From Candidatus Geohabitans tengchongensis (GTDB taxonomy: Bacteria; Sysuimicrobiota; Sysuimicrobiia; Sysuimicrobiales; Humicultoraceae): a DNA stretch of 20,011 nucleotides. Every line of letters begins with the position of its first letter. Position 1 is the stretch's first letter. Positions 1 to 8,816 of this stretch are shown here, one piece after another. A program made the translations under genes and the position numbers. The DNA lies in the NCBI GenBank assembly GCA_031459625.1, contig JAVKIH010000035.1:1-20011 (forward strand), read 5' to 3'. Under the pieces are notes generated by a model. The model was not told where the DNA came from, made no database searches, and was given only the letters and a program-made list of their open reading frames with translations.

Positions 1-880
1 CACCGGCGCGCGCCTGCGCTTCCCCGGCTTCCTCGTCGTCTACCGGGAAGCCAGCGACAACGGGGAGGAGGAGGCGGAGCGGTGGCTCCCCGCCCTGGCT
101 GACGGCCAGGGGCTGCGGCTGCTGCGCATCGACCCGCGCCAGCACTTCACCCAGCCGCCGCCGCGCTACACCGAGGCCTCGCTGGTGCGGGCGCTGGAGG
201 AGCTGGGCATCGGCCGGCCCAGCACCTACGCGCCCACGCTGGAGACGATCAAGTCGCGCGGCTACGTGCGCGTGGAGGACCGGCGGCTGCGCCCCACCGA
301 CCTGGGCGTGCTCGTCACCGACCTACTGGTGGAGCACTTCCCCGACGTCTTCGACCTGCACTTCACCGCCCAGCTGGAGGAGGAGCTCGACGAGATCGAG
401 GAGGGGCGCCGGCCGTGGGTGCAGGTCGTGCGCGAGTTCTACACGCCCTTCGCCCGGGACCTGCGGCGGGCCGAGCGCCTCATCGAGGCGGTGGACTTCC
501 CCGAGGTGGCCATCGGGGAGGCCTGCCCCGAGTGCGGGCGCCCGCTGGTGCGCAAGCACGGCCGCTTCGGCGAGTTCATCGCCTGCACGGGGTTCCCCGA
601 GTGCCGCTACACGCGCCCGCTGGGGATCGGCGTGGCCTGCCCGTTCTGCGGGGGGGAGATCGTGGAGCGGCGCACCCGCAAGGGGCGCACCTTCTACGGG
701 TGCGTCACCTACCCCGCCTGCCGCTTCACCTCGTGGGCGCGGCCGGTGGCGCAGCGCTGCCCCCGCTGCGGCAGCCTGATGGTGGAGAAGCGCACGCGGC
801 GGGCCACGACCATCGCCTGCACGAACAAGGCCTGCGGCCACACCGAGCCCGCCCGCCAGCCCGAAGCCGTCCCCGTCTGA
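1..880 (+). CDS. topA: Type IA DNA topoisomerase I, C-terminal part (5' end outside window)
   Basis: Frame is open from position 2 (TGARLRFPGFLVVY...QHFTQPPPRYTEASLVRALEELGIGRPSTYAPTL...FTAQLEEELDEIEEG). C-terminal C4 zinc-ribbon repeats follow (CPECG..ACTGFPEC, CPFCGG..GCVTYPAC, CPRCG..ACTNKAC). Stop TGA 878-880. Confidence 0.97.
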   Translation, partial: TGARLRFPGFLVVYREASDNGEEEAERWLPALADGQGLRLLRIDPRQHFTQPPPRYTEASLVRALEELGIGRPSTYAPTLETIKSRGYVRVEDRRLRPTDLGVLVTDLLVEHFPDVFDLHFTAQLEEELDEIEEGRRPWVQVVREFYTPFARDLRRAERLIEAVDFPEVAIGEACPECGRPLVRKHGRFGEFIACTGFPECRYTRPLGIGVACPFCGGEIVERRTRKGRTFYGCVTYPACRFTSWARPVAQRCPRCGSLMVEKRTRRATTIACTNKACGHTEPARQPEAVPV

Positions 881-935
881 CCCGTCGTCCCCCTCGACCC
901 GTCGTCCCCCTCGACCCGCCGTCCCCGTCTGACCC
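866..935. repeat. Four-unit 17-18 bp tandem repeat (A-B-B-A) spanning the topA stop codon
   Basis: GCCGTCCCCGTCTGACCC at 866-883 and 918-935; GTCGTCCCCCTCGACCC at 884-900 and 901-917. Confidence 0.85.
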
Positions 936-1068
936 GCCGCCCCATCCACCCCGCCCGCGGCGCCGCCCGCCGCGCCGTCACCCCCTCCACGCAGCCTGCC
1001 CCGTTCCTCCCTCCGGGTGAGCCTGTCATTATCGCAACTGTGTTTAATTTGTGAACAGGAGCGGCACC

Positions 1069-1125
1069 ATGATCCTGACGGCCACACGAATGGGGAGGAC
1101 GACGCCGAACCGGAGCCCCGGGTGA
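1069..1125 (+). CDS. Putative 18-aa upstream ORF (MILTATRMGRTTPNRSPG) coupled to codY
   Basis: AGGAG at 1057-1061 lies 7 nt before ATG 1069. Its TGA (1123-1125) overlaps the codY ATG (TGATG). Confidence 0.3.
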   Translation: MILTATRMGRTTPNRSPG

Positions 1126-1895
1126 TGGAATCCCTGCTGGAGAAGACGCGGGCGATCACCGAACTCGTCGAAGCCTCGGACGAGGCGCACGTGGACGTCG
1201 GGGACGTGACGCAGCGCCTGGCCGCCGTCACCGCCGCCACCGTCCTGGTGGTGGGCGAGGGGGGGCGCGTCCAGGCCCTGGCCCCGCACCCCGCCCACCC
1301 CCTGCGGGAGGAGCTGGCGCCGGGGCGGGACCTGCCGCCGGCGGCGCGGGAGGCGCTCGGGACCATCGACCGCATCGAGGGCAACGTGCGCCACGACGGG
1401 ATCCTGTCGCTGTTGCGCGGGACCGGGCCGGAGCGGCAGGCCACCGTCATCCCCCTGCGCGTGGCCAGCCGGCGGCTGGGCTGGCTCCTGCTGCTACGCA
1501 GCCACGGCGGGTTCGACGAGAAGGACCTGGTGCTGGGGGAGTATGCCGCCACCATCCTCAGCCTGGAGGCCCGCCGCCCGCCTCCGCCGGCGGCGGAGGC
1601 GCGGGAGCAGCAGGCCCGCGAGCAGGTGCGCGCGGCGCTCGCCGCCCTCTCCCTCTCCGAGGCCGAGGCGGTCTGGCACATCCTGAGCGAGCTGCGCGGC
1701 CCGGAGGGCGTGGTCGTAGCCAGCCGCGTGGCCGACCGCGTGGGCATCACCCGCTCCGTCATCGTGAACGCCCTGCGCAAGCTGGAGAGCGCCACCGTCA
1801 TCCGCTCCCGCTCCCTGGGCATGAAGGGCACCTACATCAAGGTCCTCAACCCCCTGCTGCTGGAGGAGCTGCGCCGCACCCGCGCCCGCCGCTGA
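1125..1895 (+). CDS. codY: CodY-family transcriptional regulator (GAF + winged HTH), 256 aa
   Basis: N-terminus MESLLEKTRAI resembles CodY MxLLxKTR. The C-terminal VASRVADRVGITRSVIVNALRKLESATVIRSRSLGMKGTYIKVLN is the CodY HTH signature. GGAG at 1112-1115 precedes ATG 1125. It lies between topA and rpsB as in Firmicutes. Confidence 0.95.
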   Translation: MESLLEKTRAITELVEASDEAHVDVGDVTQRLAAVTAATVLVVGEGGRVQALAPHPAHPLREELAPGRDLPPAAREALGTIDRIEGNVRHDGILSLLRGTGPERQATVIPLRVASRRLGWLLLLRSHGGFDEKDLVLGEYAATILSLEARRPPPPAAEAREQQAREQVRAALAALSLSEAEAVWHILSELRGPEGVVVASRVADRVGITRSVIVNALRKLESATVIRSRSLGMKGTYIKVLNPLLLEELRRTRARR

Positions 1896-1964
1896 GCCCC
1901 GTACGTCCCGCGGCCCCGGCCCGTCGTGTCCTGCAGAGAGATCCGAGACATCCTGACTGAGTCG

Positions 1965-1994
1965 TTGAACGGGCCAAAGCCCGCGTGCTATACT
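1965..1994 (+). promoter_or_regulatory. Sigma70/SigA-type promoter for the rpsB-tsf operon
   Basis: TTGAAC (1965-1970), 18-nt spacer, then extended -10 TGcTATACT (1986-1994). Confidence 0.75.
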
Positions 1995-2027
1995 CAGCAA
2001 GACTCGTACGCCACCCCGTGTCCGTGG

Positions 2028-2058
2028 GGGGGAAGGCCTGGCCTTCCCCCTCTTTGTG
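2028..2058 (+). terminator. Terminator-like hairpin inside the rpsB 5' leader
   Basis: 10-bp stem GGGGGAAGGC (2028-2037) / GCCTTCCCCC (2041-2050), followed by TCTTTGTG. The U-tract is weak. Confidence 0.4.
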
Positions 2059-2072
2059 CGGGCGGGGGAGGT

Positions 2073-2150
2073 CACACACCGCCGGACGGCGGGCGGGGTG
2101 TCCGCCCTGCGGATGGGCCCGCCGGAGGAGGGCGGTGGCGGCGCAACCCG
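2073..2150 (+). ncRNA. Ribosomal protein S2 leader (rpsB autoregulatory cis-element)
   Basis: The layout CACACAC...GGGGTG...GTGGCGGCGCAACCC resembles the E. coli rpsB leader. Nested stems: CACCGCC 2077-2083 with GGCGGTG 2131-2137, GGCGGGC 2088-2094 with GCCCGCC 2117-2123, and GTCCGC 2100-2105 with GCGGAT 2109-2114. Confidence 0.75.
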
Positions 2151-2166
2151 GGGAGGGAGGAACGCG

Positions 2167-2990
<824 letters not shown>

Positions 2991-2994
<4 letters not shown>

Positions 2995-3506
2995 GGACGC
3001 CGATCACCGCCGACGCCGTGAAGGCCCTGCGCGCGCGCACGGGCGCCGGGGTGATGGACTGCCGGCGCGCGCTGGAGGAGGCCGGCGGGGACCTGGAGCG
3101 CGCCGCCGCGCTGCTGCGCGAGCGGGGCCTGGCCACGGCGGCCCGCAAGGCCGGGCGGGCCACGACGGAGGGGCTGGTGGAGGCCTACATCCACGCCGGG
3201 GGGCGGCTGGGCGCGCTGGTCGAGGTGGACTGCGAGACCGACTTCGTGGCGCGCACGGAGGACTTCCGGCGCCTGGCCCGCGAGCTGGCCATGCAGGTGG
3301 CGGCCACGGGCCCGCTGTACGTCTCGCGCGAGGAGGTCCCGGAGGACGACCGCTCGCGCCCCGACCTGGCCCAGCTCGTCCTCCTGGAGCAGCCCTACAT
3401 CCGCGACCCGCGCCGCACCATCGGCGAGCTGGTGCGGGAGACCGTGGCGAAGGTCGGGGAGAACATCCAGGTGCGCCGCTTCGCCCGGTTCAGGGTCGGC
3501 GAGTAG
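2991..3506 (+). CDS. tsf: Elongation factor Ts, short form (171 aa)
   Basis: [56 protein letters not shown] overlap with rpsB. Confidence 0.98.
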
Positions 3507-3519
3507 CGGAGGGCACCCC

Positions 3520-4257
3520 ATGGCCGAGGGGCCGGCCCCACGGTACCGGCGGATCCTCCTCAAGCTCAGCGGGGAGGCGTTGGCCGGCGAGGGCAAGGCC
3601 CCCCTGGACGCGCAGGTCCTCCGGCTGGTGGCGCAGGAGGTGCGGGAGGTCACCGCCGCCGGGGTGCAGGTGGCCATCGTCGTGGGCGGGGGGAACTTCG
3701 TCCGCGGCGAGGAGGTCTCGCGGCGCCTGGGCCTGCACGAGGTCACCGGCCACACCATGGGGATGCTGGCCACGGTGATGAACGCGCTGGCCCTGCAGGA
3801 CGTCATGGAGCGCGAGGGCCTGGTGACGCGCGTGCTGAGCGCCGTGGAGATGCACCAGGTGGCCGAGCCCTTCATCCGCCGCCGCGCCATCCGCCACCTG
3901 GAGAAGGGGCGGGTGGTCATCTTCGCCGGCGGCACCGGCAGCCCGTACTTCACCACCGACACCGCCGCCGCCCTGCGCGCCATCGAGGTCGAGGCGGACG
4001 CCCTGCTCATGGCCAAGCGCGGGGTGGCCGGCGTCTACGACAAGGACCCGCGCACCCACCCCGACGCGGTGCTCTTCCGCCGCCTCGACTACATGGAGCT
4101 GCTCAACCGCGACCTGCGCGTGATGGACGCCACGGCGGTGGCGCTGGCCCGGGACAACGCCATGGACATCATCGTCTTCGACGTGGCCGTGCCGGGCAAC
4201 ATCCGCCGCGCCGTGCTGGGCGAGGAGATCGGCACGCTGGTGGGGGGCCGGCGGTGA
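3520..4257 (+). CDS. pyrH: UMP kinase
   Basis: YRRILLKLSGEAL, IVVGGGNFVRG, MGMLATVMNALAL, GTGSPYFTTDTAAALRA, VMDATA. Confidence 0.98.
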   Translation: MAEGPAPRYRRILLKLSGEALAGEGKAPLDAQVLRLVAQEVREVTAAGVQVAIVVGGGNFVRGEEVSRRLGLHEVTGHTMGMLATVMNALALQDVMEREGLVTRVLSAVEMHQVAEPFIRRRAIRHLEKGRVVIFAGGTGSPYFTTDTAAALRAIEVEADALLMAKRGVAGVYDKDPRTHPDAVLFRRLDYMELLNRDLRVMDATAVALARDNAMDIIVFDVAVPGNIRRAVLGEEIGTLVGGRR

Positions 4258-4826
4258 GCCGGCCGGGGATGACCGGCGAGGTCCTCCAGGACGCGCGGGC
4301 GCGCATGCAGAAGGCGGTGGAGGCGACGCGGCGCGAGTTCGCCGCCGTGCGCACCGGGCGGGCCACGCCGGCGCTGCTGGAGCACGTCAAGGTGGACTAC
4401 TACGGCGTGCCCACCCCGGTGACCCAGCTGGCCACCATCTCCGTCCCGGAGCCGCGCCTGCTGGTCGTACAGCCCTGGGACCGCAGCGTCGTCAAGGAGG
4501 TGGAGCGGGCCATCCTCAAGAGCGAGCTGGGGCTCGTGCCCTCCAGCGACGGCGTGGTCATCCGGCTGCCGCTCCCGCCGCTCACCGAGGAGCGGCGCCG
4601 CGAGCTGGTGCGGCTGGTGCGGCGGCAGGCGGAGGAGGGGCGCGTGGCCATCCGCAACATCCGCCGCGAGGCCAAGGAGCTGATCGAGCAGCTGGAGGAG
4701 GAGGGCGAGGTCTCGGAGGACGACGCCCGCCGCGCCCTGGAGGAGCTGCAGGAGCTCACCGACGAGTTCATCGGGCAGCTGGACAGGCTCCTGGAGGCCA
4801 AGGAGAAGGAGATCCTGGAGGTATGA
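4254..4826 (+). CDS. frr: Ribosome recycling factor (alternative start ATG 4269)
   Basis: RMQKAVE, VRTGRATPALL, VDYYG, PPLTEERRRELV, RVAIRNIRR, KEKEILEV. Confidence 0.98.
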   Translation: MSRPGMTGEVLQDARARMQKAVEATRREFAAVRTGRATPALLEHVKVDYYGVPTPVTQLATISVPEPRLLVVQPWDRSVVKEVERAILKSELGLVPSSDGVVIRLPLPPLTEERRRELVRLVRRQAEEGRVAIRNIRREAKELIEQLEEEGEVSEDDARRALEELQELTDEFIGQLDRLLEAKEKEILEV

Positions 4827-5023
4827 GCCTCCCGGACCTCCTCGGCTACCGGCTCGACGAGGCGGAGGCCCGGCTGCGCGCCGCCGGGGTGCCGGTGCGG
4901 GTCGAGGAGGCCGCCCCGCCGCGCGGCCGCCCCGCCGGGCCGCGCCGGGTGGTGCGGCAACGCCTCGAAGGGGAGGTCCTGGTCCTCACGGTGGCCGCCG
5001 AGCGGGTCGAGGCGGGGGCGTGA
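4823..5023 (+). CDS. Small stand-alone PASTA-like domain protein (66 aa)
   Basis: LPDLLGYRLDEAEARLRAAG...VVRQ...VLVLTVA fits the PASTA pattern. Coupled to frr (ATGA) and uppS (GTGA). Confidence 0.7.
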   Translation: MSLPDLLGYRLDEAEARLRAAGVPVRVEEAAPPRGRPAGPRRVVRQRLEGEVLVLTVAAERVEAGA

Positions 5024-5736
5024 GCCTTCCCCGCCACGTGGCCATCATCATGGACGGCAACGGGCGGTGGGCCCGGGACCGCGGCCTGCCCCGCCTGGAG
5101 GGGCACCGGGCCGGGCGGCGCGCCGTGCGCCGCGCCATCGAAGGGACGATCGAGCTCGGCATCCCCTACCTGACCCTCTACGCCTTCTCCACCGAAAACT
5201 GGCAGCGCCCGGCCGATGAAGTGGAAGGGCTGATGGTGCTCCTGCGGGAGGCGGTGGCGGAGGAGGCGGACGAGCTGCACCGCCAGGGGGTGCAGGTGCG
5301 CATCGCCGGCGCGCTGGACGCGTTGGACCCCGCCATCGCCGCGGAGCTGCGGCGGGTGGAGGCGCGCACGCGCCGCAACCGGCGGCTGGTGGCCAGCTTC
5401 GCGCTGAACTACGGCGGCCGGGCGGAGCTGGTGGAGGCGGTGCGCCGCATCGCCCGCCAGGTGGCGGCGGGCCGCCTCCGCCCCGAGGCCATCGACGAGG
5501 CCACGGTGGCGCGCCACCTCTACACCGCCGACCTGCCCGACCCGGACCTGCTCATCCGCACCGGCGGGGAGCAGCGGCTGAGCAACTTCCTCCTCTGGCA
5601 GGTGGCCTACACGGAGCTGTACTTCTGCGACGTCTACTGGCCGGAGTTCGACCGGCCCCACCTCCAGGCGGCCGTGGCCGCCTTCCAGCAGCGGCAGCGC
5701 CGCTTCGGCACGGTGGGGGTGGCATCGGGTGGCTGA
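5020..5736 (+). CDS. uppS: Undecaprenyl/polyprenyl diphosphate synthase
   Basis: PRHVAIIMDGNGRWA, YLTLYAFSTENWQRP, ALNYGGRAEL, PDLLIRTGGEQRLSNFLLWQ, RRFG. Confidence 0.98.
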   Translation: MSLPRHVAIIMDGNGRWARDRGLPRLEGHRAGRRAVRRAIEGTIELGIPYLTLYAFSTENWQRPADEVEGLMVLLREAVAEEADELHRQGVQVRIAGALDALDPAIAAELRRVEARTRRNRRLVASFALNYGGRAELVEAVRRIARQVAAGRLRPEAIDEATVARHLYTADLPDPDLLIRTGGEQRLSNFLLWQVAYTELYFCDVYWPEFDRPHLQAAVAAFQQRQRRFGTVGVASGG

Positions 5737-6577
5737 CGAGCGCCTCGCCCCCGCGCCTGCGCCTTCGGCCCGGTCCCCGGGCGACCCGCTGCCGGAGGTG
5801 GCCCGGCGCCTGGTGACGGTCGCCCTGGCGCTGCCGCTCTTCCTGGCGGCGCTGCTGCTGGGCGGCTGGCCCTGGGAGGCGCTGCTGGGGCTGCTGGCGC
5901 TGGTGGCGGGGTGGGAGGTGGTGCACCTGGCGCGGGCCGCCGGGCTCGATCCGGCCCCCGAGGTGGCGCTCCCGGGGTGTCTGGCGCTCTTCGCCGCGCT
6001 CGTGTGGGCCCCGGGGTGGAGCGCCGGCCTGGCCGCGGCGCTGCTCGTCGCCGCCCTCCTCGCCCAGTTCCCGGGCCCGCGCCGCCTCGCGGCGCTGGCC
6101 AACGCCGGCGCCACGCTGCTCGCGGCCCTCCTGCCGCTGTTGCTGGTCGCGCTGGCCCTCCTGCGGCGGTCCCCCGGGGGGCAGGGCCTGACCCTGGCGG
6201 TCGTGGCGGCGGTGTGGGCGGCCGACGCCGCGGCCTACTTCGCCGGCCGGGCCTACGGGCGGCGCCCGCTCGCCCCGGCCATCAGCCCGCGGAAGAGCTG
6301 GGAGGGGGCGGCGGCGGGGCTCCTGGCCGGTACCGCCGCGGGCGCCGTGACTGCGGCCCTCGCGGGAGTGCCGGTGGGCGTCGGGACCGTGCTGGGGACG
6401 GTGAGCGCCGCAGCGGGCGCCGCAGGCGACCTGGCGGAATCCGCGCTCAAGCGCTCCGCCGGGGTGAAGGACGCTGGGGTCCTGCTGCCCGGCCACGGAG
6501 GGTTGCTCGACCGGTTCGACTCCCTCCTGCTGGCCGCCCCCGCCGCGCTGCTGGCGGTGCGGGCGTGGATGAGGTGA
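5729..6577 (+). CDS. cdsA: Phosphatidate cytidylyltransferase
   Basis: Polytopic membrane protein with WAADAAAYFAG, ISPRKSWEG and GDLAESALKRSAGVKDAGVLLPGHGGLLDRFDS. Confidence 0.96.
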   Translation: MADERLAPAPAPSARSPGDPLPEVARRLVTVALALPLFLAALLLGGWPWEALLGLLALVAGWEVVHLARAAGLDPAPEVALPGCLALFAALVWAPGWSAGLAAALLVAALLAQFPGPRRLAALANAGATLLAALLPLLLVALALLRRSPGGQGLTLAVVAAVWAADAAAYFAGRAYGRRPLAPAISPRKSWEGAAAGLLAGTAAGAVTAALAGVPVGVGTVLGTVSAAAGAAGDLAESALKRSAGVKDAGVLLPGHGGLLDRFDSLLLAAPAALLAVRAWMR

Positions 6578-6581
6578 GGCG

Positions 6582-7634
6582 ATGAGCGAGCTGTGGCCGA
6601 CGCTGGCGACGGGCCAGTGGCTGCTCCTGGCCGTGCTGGCGTTCGGCGCCATGATCTTCTTCCACGAGCTGGGCCACTTCCTGGTGGCCAAGCGCGTCGG
6701 CGTCACCGTGCACGCCTTTGCGCTGGGCTTCGGCCCGCGCGTCTGGGGATTCCGCCGGGGCGGGACCGAGTACGCGGTCAACCTCCTCCCCTTCGGCGGC
6801 TACGTGCGCATGGCCGGCGAGGACCTGGACGAGCCGGCCGACCCGCGCGGCTCCTTCCGCCACCGGTCGGTCGGGCAGCGGGCGGCCATCGTGGCCGCCG
6901 GGCCGGTGATGAACCTGGTCCTGGCGGTCTGCATCCTCGCCCTGCTGGGCTCCACCTACGGCATCCAGGTGGGCGTGACGAACCGCGTGGGCACGCTGCT
7001 GCCCGGCTGGCCGGCGGAGCAGGTGGGGCTGCGCCCGGGGGACGCCATCGTGGCCATCGACGGCGAGCCCATGGAGCGCGGCGAGGAGGTGGTGCGCACC
7101 ATCCACCGCAGCCCGGGGAAACCCCTCGTGCTCACGGTGGAGCGCGCGGGCCGGCGCTTCACCGTGCGGGTCACGCCGCGGCTCGCCCCCAACCAGCAGA
7201 TCGGGCTCATCGGCTTCTCCCCCGAACCGGTGCGCCGGCGCTACACCCCGCCCGTGGCGCTGGCCTGGGCGGTCCGCCGCACCGGCGAGATCGTCGTCAC
7301 GCTGGTGGGCGCCATCGTGGGCCTCATCCGCGTGGGGCAGCTCTTCGAGAACCTGGGCGGGCCGGTGGCGGCGGGGGCGGCGCTGGTGGAGGCGGCCCGC
7401 ACCGGCTTCGAGCACTTCCTCTACATGTCGGCCTTCCTCAGCGTGGTCATCGGCATCTTCAACCTCTTCCCCTTCCCCGCCCTCGACGGCGGCCGGCTGG
7501 TCTTCCTGGCCGTGGAGGCGCTGCGGCGCCGCCCGGTCGACCCCCGCCGGGAGGGCTACATCCACCTGGTCGGTTTTGCGCTGCTCCTCCTGCTGCTGGT
7601 AACCTTGACGATGCGCGACATCCGCCGCCTGTAG
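6582..7634 (+). CDS. rseP: RIP metalloprotease RseP/RasP (M50, PDZ domain)
   Basis: HELGH zinc motif, LLPFGGYVRMAG, PDZ-like PAEQVGLRPGDAIVAIDG, NLFPFPALDGG. Confidence 0.96.
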   Translation: MSELWPTLATGQWLLLAVLAFGAMIFFHELGHFLVAKRVGVTVHAFALGFGPRVWGFRRGGTEYAVNLLPFGGYVRMAGEDLDEPADPRGSFRHRSVGQRAAIVAAGPVMNLVLAVCILALLGSTYGIQVGVTNRVGTLLPGWPAEQVGLRPGDAIVAIDGEPMERGEEVVRTIHRSPGKPLVLTVERAGRRFTVRVTPRLAPNQQIGLIGFSPEPVRRRYTPPVALAWAVRRTGEIVVTLVGAIVGLIRVGQLFENLGGPVAAGAALVEAARTGFEHFLYMSAFLSVVIGIFNLFPFPALDGGRLVFLAVEALRRRPVDPRREGYIHLVGFALLLLLLVTLTMRDIRRL

Positions 7635-7652
7635 GCGGGCGCGCCGGCCGCC

Positions 7653-8810
7653 ATGCTCACGACCGCTCCGTCCGTCCCGCGCCGGCTCACGCCCCGCACC
7701 CAGACCCGCCGCGTCCGCGTCGGGCGGGTGGAGGTCGGGGGCGGGGCCCCCGTCTCCGTGCAGTCGATGACCGTCACCGACACGCGGGACGTGGACGCCA
7801 CGCTGGCGCAGATCTACCAGCTGGCCGCGGAGGGGTGCGAGATCGTCCGCGTAGCCGTGCCCGACCGGGCCGCCGCCGACGCCCTGCGCGAGATCGTCCC
7901 GCGCAGCCCCCTTCCCGTGGTGGCCGACATCCACTTCGACTACCGGCTGGCCCTGCGCGCGCTGGAGGCCGGGGTGGCCAAGCTGCGCATCAACCCCGGG
8001 AACATCGGCAGCCGCGACCGCACCCGCATCGTCGCCCGGGCGGCCAGGGAGCGCGGCGTGCCCATCCGCATCGGGGCCAACATCGGGTCGCTGAGCAAGG
8101 CGATGCTGCGCCGTTTCGGCGGCCCCACCGCCGAGGCGCTGGTGGCCAGCGCCCTGGAGGACGTCGCCGTCCTGGAGGACCTGGACTTCCACGACATCGT
8201 CGTCTCGGTGAAGGCCAGCGACGTCCCCATGGCCATCGAGGCCTACACGCGGGTCAGCGAGGCCGTCCCCTACCCGCTGCACGTGGGGATCACCGAGGCG
8301 GGCACGCTGGGGCCGGGGACGGTGAAGTCGGCGGTGGGGATCGGCGCCATCCTGGCGCTGGGGATCGGGGACACCATCCGCGTCTCCCTGGCCGCCGACC
8401 CGGTGGAGGAGGTGCGCGCCGGCTACGAGATCCTGAAGAGCCTGGGGCTGCGCACGCGCGGGGTGCAGCTGGTGGCCTGCCCCTCCTGCGGCCGGGCCGA
8501 AGTGGACATCATCGCCATCGCCGCCGAGGTGGAGCGACGGCTGGCCCAGGTGCGGGCGCCGGTGAAGGTGGCGGTGATGGGGTGCGCCGTGAACGGCCCG
8601 GGGGAGGCGCGCATGGCCGACCTGGGGATCGCCTGCGGCCGCGGCATGGGGCTGCTCTTCCGGGAGGGGAAGATCGTGGCCAGCCTGCCGGAGGACCGCC
8701 TGGTGGACGCGCTCATGGAGCAGGTCGCGGTGGTGGCGCGGGAGAAGTATGGGGCGGCGGAGCGAGCCGACGCCGCCGGCGCCGCGCCGGCGCCCGCCCG
8801 CCCGTCCTGA
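7653..8810 (+). CDS. ispG: (E)-4-hydroxy-3-methylbut-2-enyl diphosphate synthase (MEP pathway)
   Basis: VQSMT, VADIHFDY, RINPGNIG, YPLHVGITEAG, GIGDTIRVSL, ACPSCGR, VAVMGCAVNGPGEA. Confidence 0.98.
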   Translation: MLTTAPSVPRRLTPRTQTRRVRVGRVEVGGGAPVSVQSMTVTDTRDVDATLAQIYQLAAEGCEIVRVAVPDRAAADALREIVPRSPLPVVADIHFDYRLALRALEAGVAKLRINPGNIGSRDRTRIVARAARERGVPIRIGANIGSLSKAMLRRFGGPTAEALVASALEDVAVLEDLDFHDIVVSVKASDVPMAIEAYTRVSEAVPYPLHVGITEAGTLGPGTVKSAVGIGAILALGIGDTIRVSLAADPVEEVRAGYEILKSLGLRTRGVQLVACPSCGRAEVDIIAIAAEVERRLAQVRAPVKVAVMGCAVNGPGEARMADLGIACGRGMGLLFREGKIVASLPEDRLVDALMEQVAVVAREKYGAAERADAAGAAPAPARPS

Positions 8811-8816
8811 GGGACG

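Noticed and set aside
866..935. CRISPR array
   Set aside because: The units are contiguous 17-18-mers without unique spacers, and there are no cas genes in the window.
1045..1059. CodY box or Rex box upstream of codY
   Set aside because: TAATTTGTGAACAGG matches only about 9 of 15 positions of AATTTTCWGAAAATT, and only one TTGTGAA Rex half-site is present.
1017..1124. Longer CodY N-terminus from GTG 1017
   Set aside because: CodY similarity begins at ATG 1125, which has an RBS. The extension crosses promoter-like AT-rich DNA.
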